From: Eledone cirrhosa
Lineage: Eukaryota
Length of the DNA: 64,000 nucleotides
Assembly (NCBI GenBank): GCA_964016885.1
Contig: OZ024743.1
Location: 126,914,001-126,978,000, forward strand
Reading direction: 5' to 3'
The position numbers and the translations under genes were made by a program. Positions 23,601-37,235 of this stretch are shown here, in pieces. The notes below the pieces were generated by a model. That model saw only the letters and a list, made by a program, of their open reading frames with translations, did no database searches and was not told the origin of the DNA. Within the stretch, counting starts at the first letter, position 1. Each line of letters begins with the position of its first letter.

Positions 23601-25193
23601 ACCTCTATTCTGTCCGTCGGGGCCCCTGGGCCGCCAGTGTGTGAACCCCCATTTGCTTATAATAGTGAGAGATGGAGGCAGTGACAGTCAGAGTTTGGTT
23701 CCATTGTATTCGGACCTGGTGTATATATTTATTTACCACATCATATACAATGACTTAGGCTATGTTAGTTCGTACTTTGATATATATTTAAAGATCTTTG
23801 AGTCGCAATCAACCGCCGATTAGGTTATTGGATTTTTTTCTATAAAAGCAAAAGATTTAAATTTAGATAAACTTTGGCTTAGATTTATTTGATAAAAGTA
23901 AAGAAAGATAGGATAATACTTTATCTAAGAGCATTTAAAGGGTTACCAAAAAAAAAAAAGTAACTATTGCCTGCAAAAATGTAAGGGAGATAACTAGAAG
24001 GCGTTATCTAACCAGAATATAAGAGTAGAATTTATATTTATATGTTAAAACCTATGCGTAGAAGCCCTTCAGAAAGAAAAGATAGAGTAACTAGAACAAA
24101 AACGAAAAAAAGGGGAGGCACAGAGAACCAAAATAATCATTGATAAGATCACAGAATGTGTGTCGAAGGAGCTTTAACAATTACATACCAACCGCTAAAT
24201 AGATTAGTTATCCGACTAATAGTGGTTTCTTATATAGTCACAAGGCCAGCAATTTTTGGGGCGGGGCAAGTCCATTAAATCGATCCCAGTGCGTTACTGG
24301 TACTTTATTTTATCGACATTGTAAGAATGAAAGGCAAAGCTAACCTCGACGGTACTTGATCTCAGAACGTAAAGGGACGAAACTCTGTGCTGCAAAGCAT
24401 GTCCGGCAACTCTATATCGCAAAGCATGTTATCCGACTGCCAATCTATACTGCCAATCCACTGTGCTAGTTACCTGACTAATAATAAAACTGAAGTGTGT
24501 GTTTTTAGTGGTCGCATGATTTCCCCACCACCCCAAAATATATATAAAGCAACGTCATGTAAAATCATGTTGGAACATGATTTTACATGAAGAATCATCG
24601 AAAGTTTAACAGAAAAAAACACTAATTCGGAGCTGTATATTTGCTGTTCTTAAGCTGCTATTCTGTTTTATATTTGAAAGTGGCGTATTTTTCTTTCACA
24701 CATATACATATATATATATATGACTCAGAAATAGCCGTCGAAACGGCTTGAGCTCTGCCGTCGGGGTTAAACTTTTTCCTATTACCCACTCTACTACCCT
24801 AAGTATTGAGTACTCTGGTGCGTTATGGTCCATCTGGTTCCTTCGTTATATATATATATATATATATACACGTTTAAAATTGTAGGTTTACCACTGGGTA
24901 GAATTGGTCATTCTGCAATGTTAATCATGACGTAAAATGAGAAAAACACGTTATGCAATTCACCTGTCTTCAATGTTGAATCATATTGGTGGTGCGGGAA
25001 CGGGGTAAATGTATTATAAAGTGAAATGACAGGAGGCCAAATATGTTGAATTTCCTTAATTTTCTCTTACTGTAAACACTATGCACATTTCAGTGGCCAG
25101 GTTGTGTAAGAACCCGGTTACCTCATCAGGTGTAAATTGCGGAATGATGATAAGCTTTAAAGAAACAAGCAAAGAAAATCAAAGGGGAAAAAG

Positions 25194-25315
25194 TGTGTGT
25201 TATGCTTTTGACCCAGAGACGGACGTAGTCGCATGCTGCTACATTGCTCAGAGACGAGCGGGCAATGTAGCAGCATGTTACTATGTCCGTCTCTGGGTCA
25301 AAAGCATAGCACACA
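25194..25315. repeat. 56-bp-stem fold-back hairpin (copy 2)
   Basis: Arms 25194-25249 and 25260-25315 with loop AGAGACGAGC; five non-Watson-Crick positions. Confidence 0.92.
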
Positions 25316-28300
25316 GTTCCAACACCCCAAAAAGGTGGCCTTACCATCTACACCAACTATAGAGGCATCAGACTTATGCAAATTGCAGCAAAGACTTACA
25401 ATAGGATGATCCTGAATATGATCAGACTCTGTGTTGACAACATTCTACATCCTGCCAAAATGTAATTTAGCCATTTTGCTCTACTGCCTCACACATCTTG
25501 ATTCTAAGGATTGCTGAGGAGGTATGGAATCACTATGGTGTCATAGTTATCCTAGAAAACACCTGCAAAGCAGCTGAGGACGTGTTACACACAGTGGAGG
25601 CTGCAACGCAGTTCATTGGACGCTTCTTCAATGCTGGCAAAACAAAATTCCGGCATTTCAATGCAACGTCAAATAAATAAATGCATTGACCTTGGTCCCC
25701 GCACTGCTGATTACCTCTGAATTATCAGAAAGACGGCAGCTCGCTTGAGGAGGGAACCCCGTGATGTGGGATGGCTGTTGTAGCAGGTGTCTCTGGCCAT
25801 TCTCTGCAATGATGCCTTTGCCGCTCAGGCATGGTGTAGTGTCTGTCCCTCTCCCTTTTTCGTTGCTCGAGTCTTATTTTTTTTGTGCCCTTTAATGTTT
25901 TGTTCTGTATAAACAACTTTGTAATAAACTTCAAATATACTTGTTTTTCAATCCACTCAATGGTCCGATGGTTTATTTTTGACATGTTAACATTGAAGCT
26001 GCTGTTAAACTTTCTATTTAAGATAGAAATTGTTTTCGGAGTCGTTTAACTCAGTGGCTAAGAGCGCACAGTGGAATTTCAGAGGTACGGAGTTCCTTTT
26101 TTTTCCGTAGTGGTTACCGGTCATTTTCCCCCCTCATCTATAGGGGTATTTTATCCGATTTTCTAAGCTATTATTTATAACAATCAACCGTGTTTACAGT
26201 TATTTTCTGCACTTGAGATTTCTACATTTTCTAAGAATATTTGTATGTATTTTCTACTAACACACTTTATAAGTAAAAAAAAACACACACACACACACAC
26301 ACACAGTGAGTGTGAGTGCGTTAACTTTACAGGGCATTATTCCAGTCTACCTTATTGTCGGTTCAAATAAACCATTAAGGCGCCAGGAACTGTTTTTTTC
26401 CTTTCTTTACTAGAACTAGAGACCCTGAAGTAGGAAAGCAAAGGCAACTATAGTAGGATGGCAACTTGTGCCCTAACTAAACGCTGGAAGGAGACTGCTA
26501 TCAATTTTGGCACTCGTTTCTTGTATTAATAAGACTGGTTAATCCATGAACACCACCACATCATGCTGTGTTGAAAGTAAATTTAAGAACGCCAGAATGT
26601 TTTATGGTATTCGTTTCGACTGCGGTCTGAGTTAAAATCGATAAGGAAAATATAAGCCCAGTAGAGAAGTTTATTCTTCCTCTTTATCACCCTGTACTTC
26701 TCTTGGAGAGAGAAAAAAAAAACATCGGCTGTGATCAAACTTGTAAGCGGATGGGACCCGCCAGGTTTAAAGTGCTCAAGAAATGCCGTGTGTCACTGCG
26801 GCAAGCCGACTACACCACCAGGAGTTACGTGTCTGTACATACGATCAATGTTGCTAACTCAGTGATCTTAATGTATAAAGAGACTGTATAAATCTTAAAT
26901 GGGGCGGGAGGGGGGGGGGGGTTAAATTTGGTTATAACTTGCGTAATTTTTTTTTCCTAAATTATTTTCCAAATATCTTTTTTAAAAAAATGAAAATGCT
27001 CAATACCGTATATACTCGAATATAAGTCGAGGGATATGACCCCACTCACCCACCCACAAAAACAAATTGCATCTAAACGTGTTGATTAGCTGCCTCGGCT
27101 TATAAACGGCATTTGGATTTTTGCCCATTTCTCAGACAAAATAGGAGTCGACTTATTTTCGAGTTTATTGCGAGAGGAGATTGAAACTACCTCCTGCGTG
27201 CTATTGCTTCAAACACCTTACCACCGTGGGAAAATCAGATACTTCAAACTATTTTCATAATCGGTTGATAGTATATATATACACACACGCACAAAATTGT
27301 TTTTAAAAAAAATTAAAAAATTAAAAATATCAAGCGGGGTTAAACTGAACAGAAAAAAAGAAAAAGGATCTTTAAAAAATTAAACAAACAATTATATTCG
27401 GTTTATTAAATATTTTATTGAACCAAATAATACAGCCATAGGTTCTTGTGAGTCCGTGCGGGTCAGTTGATATTGCATCATCATGAGTTTTTCTGGATGA
27501 AATTACATAGCACTGCCATCAGTCCTTGTGGTTCAGCGTGTCTTCACGCAATTCCATTGTTTCATAATAGTGACTGGGAGGAGTAAGAGACTACGACGAA
27601 GGTTTTATACCACTAGAAACTAAGGCTTACCACAGTATAGCGCCCCCTTAAATATTGGGTTAGAACCTGGATCATCGCTTCCACGACCACCCCAATCCCC
27701 TCGTGTATAGCAGTCTATGATATGATGTTAGATTTTAACTATCCTTAAACAATAGCTTAAAATGCGAAACAAAAGAAATAACCTCAACACACATACACCA
27801 ATTCTCTTCCTTTCAGCCAATACTTGTAATTGGGTTAATTAAACAGTGTTATATGTCCACCTAACACCAAACAAGGAGATCAATAGAAATATATGCGGAT
27901 AAATCGACAAGATTTTATTTTAATGTATGGCAACTAGTATCTTGTGAGGAGTTGGGCGAGAAAGACTGCGGTTTCCTTAAGCCTTCATTAAAATAATGGT
28001 TTATTTCTAGGACAAAAAAATATTCCCAAATCTGCAATAGAGAATCTACAATGTTTTTCATATAAATTGTTGGTTGTCAAAATTAGGGTGCGTCCTCGAG
28101 GACGAAGCGTCTTCGGCGCCGGGAAATACGGTAAGCTTTTCTGTTCGTAAGGTTATTGGAGTAAATTAATTACAGGGAATTAGTTGAATTAATCCTAACC
28201 TGGAATAAATTAGTTCAGATTATACTGTCTTATATTAATTTATCTAGTCTGGAAAATCACCAAGAATTCTATAAATGGTTCGTCTAGTCTACAATACGAT

Positions 28301-28556
28301 GTGGTGGACAAGTTTTATTGACAACAGCTCTACAGGAATAAACTGTCGCCATCGTGCTACGCCCAGTTGTCACACAGATGTTAGAAAGACCTGCATATGT
28401 GACAACGCCCAAGTAAAATGAAACAAACGGCAAAATGACAATACACTTAACTTCTATTTATTCACTACTATAACAACTTTTATATACAATAAATTCTAAC
28501 GGTCCAATAAACAATTATATAAAAGGTAATGTTTTTGTATTAATATTAATCGACTA

Positions 28557-28592
<36 letters not shown>

Positions 28593-28635
28593 TATAATAT
28601 ATAAAAACAAAAGATGGTTAAAGGAGTTACATGTA

Positions 28636-28699
28636 TTTTATTATGCGCATTTCAAAAACAAATATCATGCAATAATATTTGTGTTTTCATCAGATAAAA
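28636..28699 (-). ncRNA. type I hammerhead ribozyme, intact
   Basis: Minus strand reads TTTTAT-CTGATGA-stem II-GAAA-TGCGCA-TA-ATAAAA. Confidence 0.8.
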
Positions 28700-28817
28700 C
28701 AGGAGGACATGATATGAAGGCTAAAAAATACTTGTGGATAGTTCAGTTTTAAAATCAACATATCAACATAAAACTGAACTATCCACAAGTGTTTTTTAGC
28801 CTTCATATCATGTCCTG

Positions 28818-28884
28818 TTTTATCTGATGAAAACACAAATATTATTGCATGATGATATTTGTTTTTGAAATGCGCATAATAAAA
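28818..28884 (+). ncRNA. type I hammerhead ribozyme, intact
   Basis: Stem I TTTTAT/ATAAAA, CTGATGA 28824-28830, AT-rich stem II (CAAATAT/ATATTTG), GAAA 28867-28870, palindromic ATGCGCAT stem III, predicted cleavage after A28878. Confidence 0.82.
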
Positions 28885-29828
28885 TACATGGAACTCCTTT
28901 AACCATCTTTTGTTCTTATATATTATGTATACTCCACTCCTACAAAATGTAGAGTGCTTCTTATCCGATATCTGCATTGCTTTATTGTACTACAATAAAA
29001 CTCACCTCCTACATATATAAATATATATATATATATACACGGTCACTGTTAAAACACCTGATTGTTATTCCTTATGATAAAATATATTGAAAAATAAGTA
29101 GATCTTAAAAAGACATGTTCTCGTAGCAGATCATTTTGACGCATTAGGAAATATATTGTTAAAATCGTCTAATAAATGAAGAGAAATAGAACAGTCTGAC
29201 TTAGTTATTAAATTTCTATATGTTTATATTCGGAGAAATTGGTCAATGGAAATGCAACAACACAAATATATCAAATATTGGAAAATTACGAAAACAGTTA
29301 AACATTCTAGAAGAAAATAAAAAAATTTAGAAAAAAGAATACACTGAATTTATATGTAGCAGCTTATTCTGTTTTCTACTCACACACACCGCAGCTAAAC
29401 TGTAAAGATTATTTCTACAAAAAGTCATGTATATAAAATTTGAAGATATGTTGTTGGGGTGGGGGTCCACAGTGCAAATAACTATAAATAATTGTTGAAT
29501 AAATCAGCTACAATTCCCATGGAGACGGAAATATTGCGCAGTAACGTCTGCGACAAGCGAACCACGCATCTGCCGATTAATTCAAATATTTATAGTTATT
29601 TGCATTGTGGCGGTTTCCTCCCCAAAAGCAAACATTTTCAAATTTTCTCTAAACTTCGTAAATTAACCATATATATATATATATATAACAAGAAAAAGGA
29701 ATACGTTTCTACACAAGACAATATAGATACCAACTATTATCTAGTGTGAGAGGGCGGAGAAGAAAGGAAGAAATTTAGGAAATTGAAAACGAAAACCTTC
29801 TCCGAACTTAAAAAGAAAAAACACTCAC

Positions 29829-30179
29829 CCATGAAGACATTTCCAGAGGAGCCACTTCTGCCAGAAATATGTTGAGCCAAATGCTACCGTGAAACAACTC
29901 AAACATGTTTCGGACTGAAGGGCCCCCAGGATGTCCGAATCATCCCCGTAGCACTGCGAACAGTGATGGCGGAGTCGCTGAGATTCGGTGGAGGCCGGGA
30001 ACTGGACCCGAGGTCAGAACACCAAGGGAGATACGAAGTAAGCGTAGATTAGTGGGGGAAAACTTTCGACATAGACAAAACCCTCTTCCAGTCAGTCATT
30101 ATGAAGACAGGACGATGGCTAACCGCACTGTGACGGGGGTTCCCAGTAATGTGCACCAGTTGGACTGTGCTACCAAGCT
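29829..30179 (-). other. candidate first exon (copy 2)
   Basis: No differences seen from 14453-14803 (offset 15376); donor GT at 29828-29827. Confidence 0.65.
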
Positions 30180-30202
30180 CCGACGAACTGCGCGAGCCAA
30201 CG

Positions 30203-30272
30203 CTTTATATACTAGTAGATGACGTCATTCATATTCTTGTGCAATGAACCAATAGAATGTTGAATGACTCAT
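30203..30272 (-). promoter_or_regulatory. Pol II promoter: TATA, CRE, C/EBP, CCAAT, AP-1 (copy 2)
   Basis: TATA 30211-30203, TGACGTCA 30220-30227, TGACTCA 30265-30271; identical to copy 1. Confidence 0.8.
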
Positions 30273-33200
30273 GGTTGTGTGATAAGGACAAATCAACTAA
30301 TAAATAATGTAGGAAAGTTACTGAAGTATTTCGTTGCTAAATATTTTATATTATCTAATTTCAAAGCTGATGCATTGACGTAAATCGATAAACATACAAT
30401 GTTTTTGTCCACGATAGGTTAATTTCAGGTCAGAACATCGAGAAGACTTGATAAAAGACGTTCCAATCGTGACCATCCCGTCTTTTTGTATATCTAGGGC
30501 TACATTAAGACGGTCGGGTGTGGTTTGGCTGCTATTTCTAGCAGGTAAAGGCTCCATCATTAGGACCTTTCACCCCACGATCAATGTGTCCACACCTACA
30601 CAATATTATACTATATATATAGGAATTCATAGTAAACTTCGGTTGCTGGGGAAACAATTGAATATTATACAATATGCAAAGGGTGGTGGATTGTCAAAAT
30701 TGAGAGGGGCACAAATTAAATTCATTTCTGATGTATTTAATTATGTTTTGAAATAGGATTTACTTGTTTCAGTTATTGGAATGTGGTCATGTTAAATCAC
30801 CACCTTGTACTATTTATAAATAAATAGAATATAAGCCATGAGTATCATTTAGTTAACACCTGTAGTACTAAGTTCAAACAAATTCAGAGGGTTTACTAAA
30901 ATATTTTGGGGGATGTGAAAAAAATAGGCTTTCAGTTTATCAGTTCTTCATGTCATTCTAAAGCTCCTGTTTTAACCCCTGCAGAATGAATTGTCTGATG
31001 TCATATAGAGAAGTGGCCTGCATCCATTTTCACTATATGAACCCCCAATATTACTAAGAGGCTTATAAAGAATCCTTAAACTTGACAAAACTCGTAGAAT
31101 TGTTTTCCCTTTATATGAATGAAAAGAAAAGAAAAAAGATCATTCATAAAACAATATATTAAACTCAATATTAAGAACAAGCATGGTTATAGTTGTATGT
31201 CTTTGGCCAGAGCCTTAGAAGTGAAATTTGGGAAATTGTGCAAAGCCCATTTAACACAATTACCTGGCTCTCAGCTACCTTTAATGATGTCCTGTGTCAT
31301 AGTTTGGCCAGGTCACTAGTTTGACAATAACTGTTTCTTACCAAAATCCAGGGTCTTAAAAAGACAAATAGCTACTGTCCTTTTCTCCTCTGACTAAGGC
31401 CACAAAGAAAAGAAATATATATTGTAAACCAGCAAAAAGAAATCTCACCAATTATATAGTGCTCTCACTTCTTACAGCAGTGAACTATACATCACACTGT
31501 GGTGCCTACATATAACTAAGTGGACTGGGCAGAATACAAAACATTCTTCTTTTTCCTCGCCCACTTCTTCCTGAGAGGATTGTTGGGGCAGAATACTCAA
31601 ACATTCTTTTCATCAAGTCTTGTCAGAAGCAACCATCTCCAATTGATCAATTGGATCCCCCAAGTGGGACCAGCTGAATTCATGGCTGTTATCCAACCAT
31701 CTAGTTTGGGGTCTACCACTGGGTGGTTTTGCTTGTAAAATCTGCCCAGTGATTTTTTTTTTTTAGACATCTAATCACATGCCTGTAATATAAGAGCTGT
31801 GATCTCTCAATTCGGAGAAGTAGTGGCTCTACCTGATCCTGACTTTCTTATCCATAATGCTTCCCACTTTATCCTGTAGGTCAACTTGAACCTGTCAGTT
31901 TTGTGGGCTTCTTTAGCTTTAGGTAGTCTCAAGTTGGAGATAATTAGGATATCCAGAACAGAATCTAAGAAATCAAAGACAATAACAAAATCAATTATTG
32001 ATCTCTTCTTCTTATACTATATATATATTTAAGGATATCTCTGTGCTGGAAGAAGGGCCTCATAATAAAGACCCCATTACTAGAATAGAAGTCTAATAAG
32101 GCCTCTCCATTCTTATTTAGATTGGGATTGCCATTCCTTCCAATCACCCCTTTCCATGTCAGATAGTCAGTGCCAACATGTACATTGAAGTCTCCCATTA
32201 GGATATATGACTCAGTCTTAACTACATCTAATGCTGCAGTGACTTCAAGGAAGGATCTGTATTTGGACTCCTTGTTTGGTGCATACACTTGCACCATCCA
32301 GAAAGACCTATTTTCAGCCTAAGCTTCAAGAGGCAAATCCTCCCTCCTTAATGGGATCCAGTCCATAACACATTCTGGCAGCTGGGGGCTTGTGAGCATC
32401 TCCACTCCTGTCTGTGCAGTAATTTCTGGTGTCACACCTGAATAGTGGAATTTCCATCCTCCATCCAAATCTACAGTACCAGAGCTATGGAATTTTGTTG
32501 AGAAAACCGCAACTTAGTTGCTGCAAGAGTTGTGATGTTCCAGGTTCCAATTAAGGTTTGCTCCCTTCAGGACCCTCTTTGGGGTCTCGGGATATGCAAT
32601 CTTTGTGCATCCATCCCATGCCTCCCAGGACATGTCACAGGCCCATCGCCAGTTTTTACAGCATGAAATGGAGATTGCAATATATTTTCGAACAGGCTGT
32701 ATAGAGTCTACCTTGCTAACTCAAATGAGTACCAATAACTGATCGAGTCTCATGCCTGAATATTGGTAATGAAAAGCATGATAAAACAAATATGGGGCCA
32801 GAAAGTGTCTATACATTGAATTTTATAGTGACTTGTGTAACATGAGAGCCACTCTCTAAATATTTGAAGCTGTTAAGTTAGTGGCAAGCACCAACAATAA
32901 AGCAAGGTGGCCAGTGATTTCAAATAAGAGTATTCTATACATAAACACATAAACATTCAAATACACACAGACACTATTGGAGGGTCATTTCTAATGACAG
33001 GTTTTTTTTTCTATCCAGCAAGGTGTCAAAATTCATGCTCCTCGCCAAACAGGTTTGATGGGGTTGTTGGTTTAATGATTGACAGCCTGATCATGCAAAA
33101 GGTTGTACTGGGTTACCTATTACCAGTAGTGCTTAACAGTATGCACTCAGTAAGTTCTGACTTGGTCTGCGACAACCTGTCCAACACTTGCTAGATGAGA

Positions 33201-35406
33201 AAATGGTCATAAAATGATGACAGACACACACAAACTCACCAGACTTTCACAAAGTTTCCAATTACAAAATCCTGCTCAAAATATTTTTAAAACTCAGGCT
33301 ATAATACAATGGTAGAAGACACTTTCCCCAAAATGCCATGCAGTAGGATTGAACCACATAGTTGGGAAGCCAACATCTAGACCATATTGTCATACCTGCA
33401 CCTATATCAACTAATATGCAACAGAAAAACAAGATCATTATAAAGTTTTTAATCTGTTGACTGCCGCGAATATTTTACACAGCTACAGTTGCTGTGCCGT
33501 TTTTTTTTTTGTGTGTTTTTTTTCAGTAAAATGACTATTTTTTAAAACAAACATTTATTAACAACACATATCTGAATGATTCACAACTGTCACATCAATA
33601 AACTAGTAACCCTATCTAGCTTTGAAGTTATGAATTGTTGGAAACAAGTCCCAACATGTTAGGATGGGTTATCTTATCTATGACACTGAAGATGTTAATT
33701 TGGATATATTTTTTATTGATCAATTTAAATATAAGTAGTTAGGATTCACTAACCAACTGTAATATATCTGTGTGATAAGTGAGAATATATTGATAAATTT
33801 AAATAGAATTTGCTTTTGGCCCTAAAAGACCAACTGGTATATCTGCATAGTGGTTTGGATGTATTTTTTATTGATAATTTAAATATAAGTAGCTTGATCT
33901 GCTGACCAACTGGTATTTATGTGTGATAGTGTGTATATATTGATAAATTCATTAAACGACCAACTACTATCTGTGTGTGGTATTGTGCTTCTAAGTGAAG
34001 AGAATATTATTGATTTATTTTATACTGCAGTCATTGTATTTATTAATAGAATAGAGTAAGATGTGTTGACGTTCATGCTTCTCTCAGCAGTTCAAAAGCA
34101 GTTCATGGATTTGTGTTCTCTAGTTCACTCAGATGGAAATGAGTACCAGTAATAACAGAGGTTAATCTTGTGTTAGATTGGTTTCCCATCCAAAAGGGAG
34201 TCTTGTACCCTCAGTCACTTAATGCCACCTTAACCCTTTAGCATTCACGTTACTCTATATATACTATTCTATTTTTGTGGTAAAGGCTTTATCTTACATA
34301 ATTATCTCACATAATATCGAATCTATGAGATTTTGATATTATTTATTTTGAGAACAATACCTTAACATAAGTATGAGCAGCTGGTTACGGTCAGTTTGAA
34401 CAGAAAGAGGTGAGAGAATTCTGGCCAGATACGGCCAGTTTAAATGCTAAAGGGTTAAAGTGTGATAAGCTCTGGCTTGACAGACTGGCATCCCTTCCAA
34501 AAGGGTGTCTTGTACCCTCAGTCACATAATTGTTTCTACTTTAGGCACAAGGCCAGCAATTACCCAGTACATTACCAGTACTTTATTTTATCGACCCCGT
34601 AAGGATGAAAGGCAAAGTTAACCTCGGTGGGATTTGAACTCAGACTGTAAAGGGACGTAACTATGCTGGAAAGCATGGCGTCCAACCCTCTACCGATACT
34701 GCCAATTCACCGAAAAACTGTGATAAGCTCCAGCCTTAGTACAACCCATATTAGCATGGAACAATGACGACTCTCTTTCTCTCTCAGTTTCAAATGTTTG
34801 ACCAACTATCACATTATTATCATCATTTTTACTTTCACTTCCTGCACTGGTATGGGTTGGACAGATTGTCACCGTCCGAGTGCAGATGGATCGGAGCAAC
34901 CTCATCTAGCTCTTCCATTCCATATTTGGCATAGTTTCTATGGCTAGATGCCTTTCTTAATACTAACTATGATATCTTACAGGGGTGTACTGGGTGTGTT
35001 TTTGTGATACCAGCACCAACACTTTACAAAGTGGAGTGGACTGGGTGTGTTTTATTATGGCACCCCTGCACTAAAGACGTTGTCAAACAATTGTCCAAAT
35101 TGATGAGTCGTTTCAGATCCTACACCAGAGGTTCTCAAAATGGGCGTTGAGAAGGTCCAGGAGGCACCGGGGCCTAAGGGGGCAGTGAGATGATATAATA
35201 GTATAGTAAATATCAAATGATACATATTATATATAAATATAGTAAAGTAAAAATATATATTTATCTATACATATTATTAGAGAAAAGCAATGAAGAATGA
35301 CATGATGTTGAATGAAAACAAAAGCAATATATACAAACACACACACACCGACCACAACTAAATATGGAATGATTTGCAATACCCCCCTTCCCCCCTACAT
35401 ACTATA

Positions 35407-36321
35407 TCTACTTATATATATAACCAGCAATTTCTCTGTCTGTCTGTCCGACAGTGGAAACACGTGCGTAGAGAGAGAGTGAGAGTGAAAGAAAGAGACA
35501 GACTACGAGAGGGGGATAGCGGGAGGGAGAGAGAGAGAGAGTGAATAGCCGCTAAAACACGTGCTACAGAAATATTACCTTCCCCTTCCTTTATAGAAAC
35601 ATTACCTTCCCCACTCCACTGACTTTGGTCACTGAGGCCAAGGGAATCGCTGGTTGCTATAGAGACACCTTGCACAAGCCAGAAGTAACCAGTTCGAGGC
35701 GGTTCTGACATGACACCATTTGAAGAAGGTTGCCATTGAATTTGTGGTTGTTGCTGCTGATAATAAGGACCATTTGAAGAAGGTTGCTGCTGATGAGGTA
35801 ATTTATTAATCAGATTGCGCAGTTCCATAACCTACGTTTGATTTGTTCAATTTTTTTTGTTGTTTTTTTTTATTTCTTATTGAAAAATATAAATAATAAA
35901 ATAAGGTTAGAAATTTAAATACAATTAAATACGATTTAATTTCCATTTCCAGCAGCCAATGTCCAGTGTTCAATCATGAAAAAATCGGAAATAATTAAAA
36001 AAATTGAAGTTTAACTTTTGAACATTTGTTTTAACAATAAAAAAATATTTCCTTATTCACACCTAATGGTATGATTAAAATTTCATAGGAATATTTTTTT
36101 CTAACCGCCAGTTATTTATTTTCTCCTTTTTCGTTTTAACATATATTTATTTCAAAGATTTCACCGTATAGATAACATATATATTTATACATGCATAAAA
36201 GACACACCGAGAGACGGTGAACATGTGGTGCCGAAAACATTTCTCATCCAAATCTCAACAATATCAGTATATACACTAGATTTGCTAGCAGAAAACCGCC
36301 CACCAGGTGGTTTTCTGCTAG
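35407..36321 (+). mobile_element. non-autonomous Helitron 1
   Basis: A|TC start followed by TATATATA and (CTGT)n; ends in a palindrome and CTAG. Confidence 0.6.
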
Positions 36322-37235
36322 TCTATATATCTAAAACAGAGAATGTTTGTCTGTCAGGTCACTAAAACTCGAGAACCACCCAACCGATTGTTTTCAAACT
36401 TTACACATGTAATACTTATGGTCCTATGAGTGTTTTGAGAAAAAACAATTTCAAATTTTCCATGCCCTAGGGACCGCATTAGGCGATCTCTCTCTATAAT
36501 TCTTAGTCTTTCTCTTTTTAGATAGATACATAGATATAACGTTGCGCCCTTATAATATCTGTCTGTATGTCTGCATTACAACATTATGATGCAGTGTGTG
36601 TATATATATACATATATATAGTGTGTGTATATATATATATATAGTGTGTAACGTTTTTCGAGCGGTATGTGTGTATATGTATATATAGTGTGTGTATATA
36701 TATATATATATATACTGTATATATATATAGTGTGTAACGTTTTTCGAAATATTTACTTCTGCGTTCACAGATTGATTTTTTTAGTTTCAGAAGATCCCGT
36801 TAAGGGTGAAAGCAGTGATTCTTTGCTTAACCTTTAATCTGTTATTTTAATATATATATATATATATAATTATATATTTGTGTACAGATATTTTTGCATA
36901 CACAATAACAAAATATAAACAAAAGTATTTATTTTGCGATAAAGTATTGATTTTCTTCGCACGGAAAAAACCCCTGGTAATCTACGACAAATTTTCTTTA
37001 TAAGTACAAAATGTAGACACCATCCCGAGGCCAGGGTATTCCGTACTTCTCTGTACTGTTATATATACATATATATGTATATATAATTTTTTATTTGTGT
37101 ACAGATATTTTTGCATACACAATAACAAAATATAAACAAACATATTTATTTCACGAGGCTTGATAAGGATAAGTATATATCAAATATATAAGAACCCTAG
37201 AGCAAATCCTGAGCAACGCCGGGCCATTCTGCTAG
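36322..37235 (+). mobile_element. non-autonomous Helitron 2
   Basis: TCTATATAT start; subterminal CCTGAGCAACGCCGGG hairpin; CTAG|T end. Confidence 0.7.

Larger units (their letters stand above)
28594..29012. mobile_element. copy-2-specific palindromic Penelope-type mini-element in (TA)n
   Basis: Inverted arms of ~160 bp around a ~19-nt spacer plus a ~90-bp unique tail. Absent from the paralogous TA tract at ~13640. Confidence 0.8.
20748..34710. repeat. tandem segmental duplication, copy 2
   Basis: Begins in the junction SINE (20748-20926) and ends in the SINE at 34528-34710; colinear with copy 1. Confidence 0.95.
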
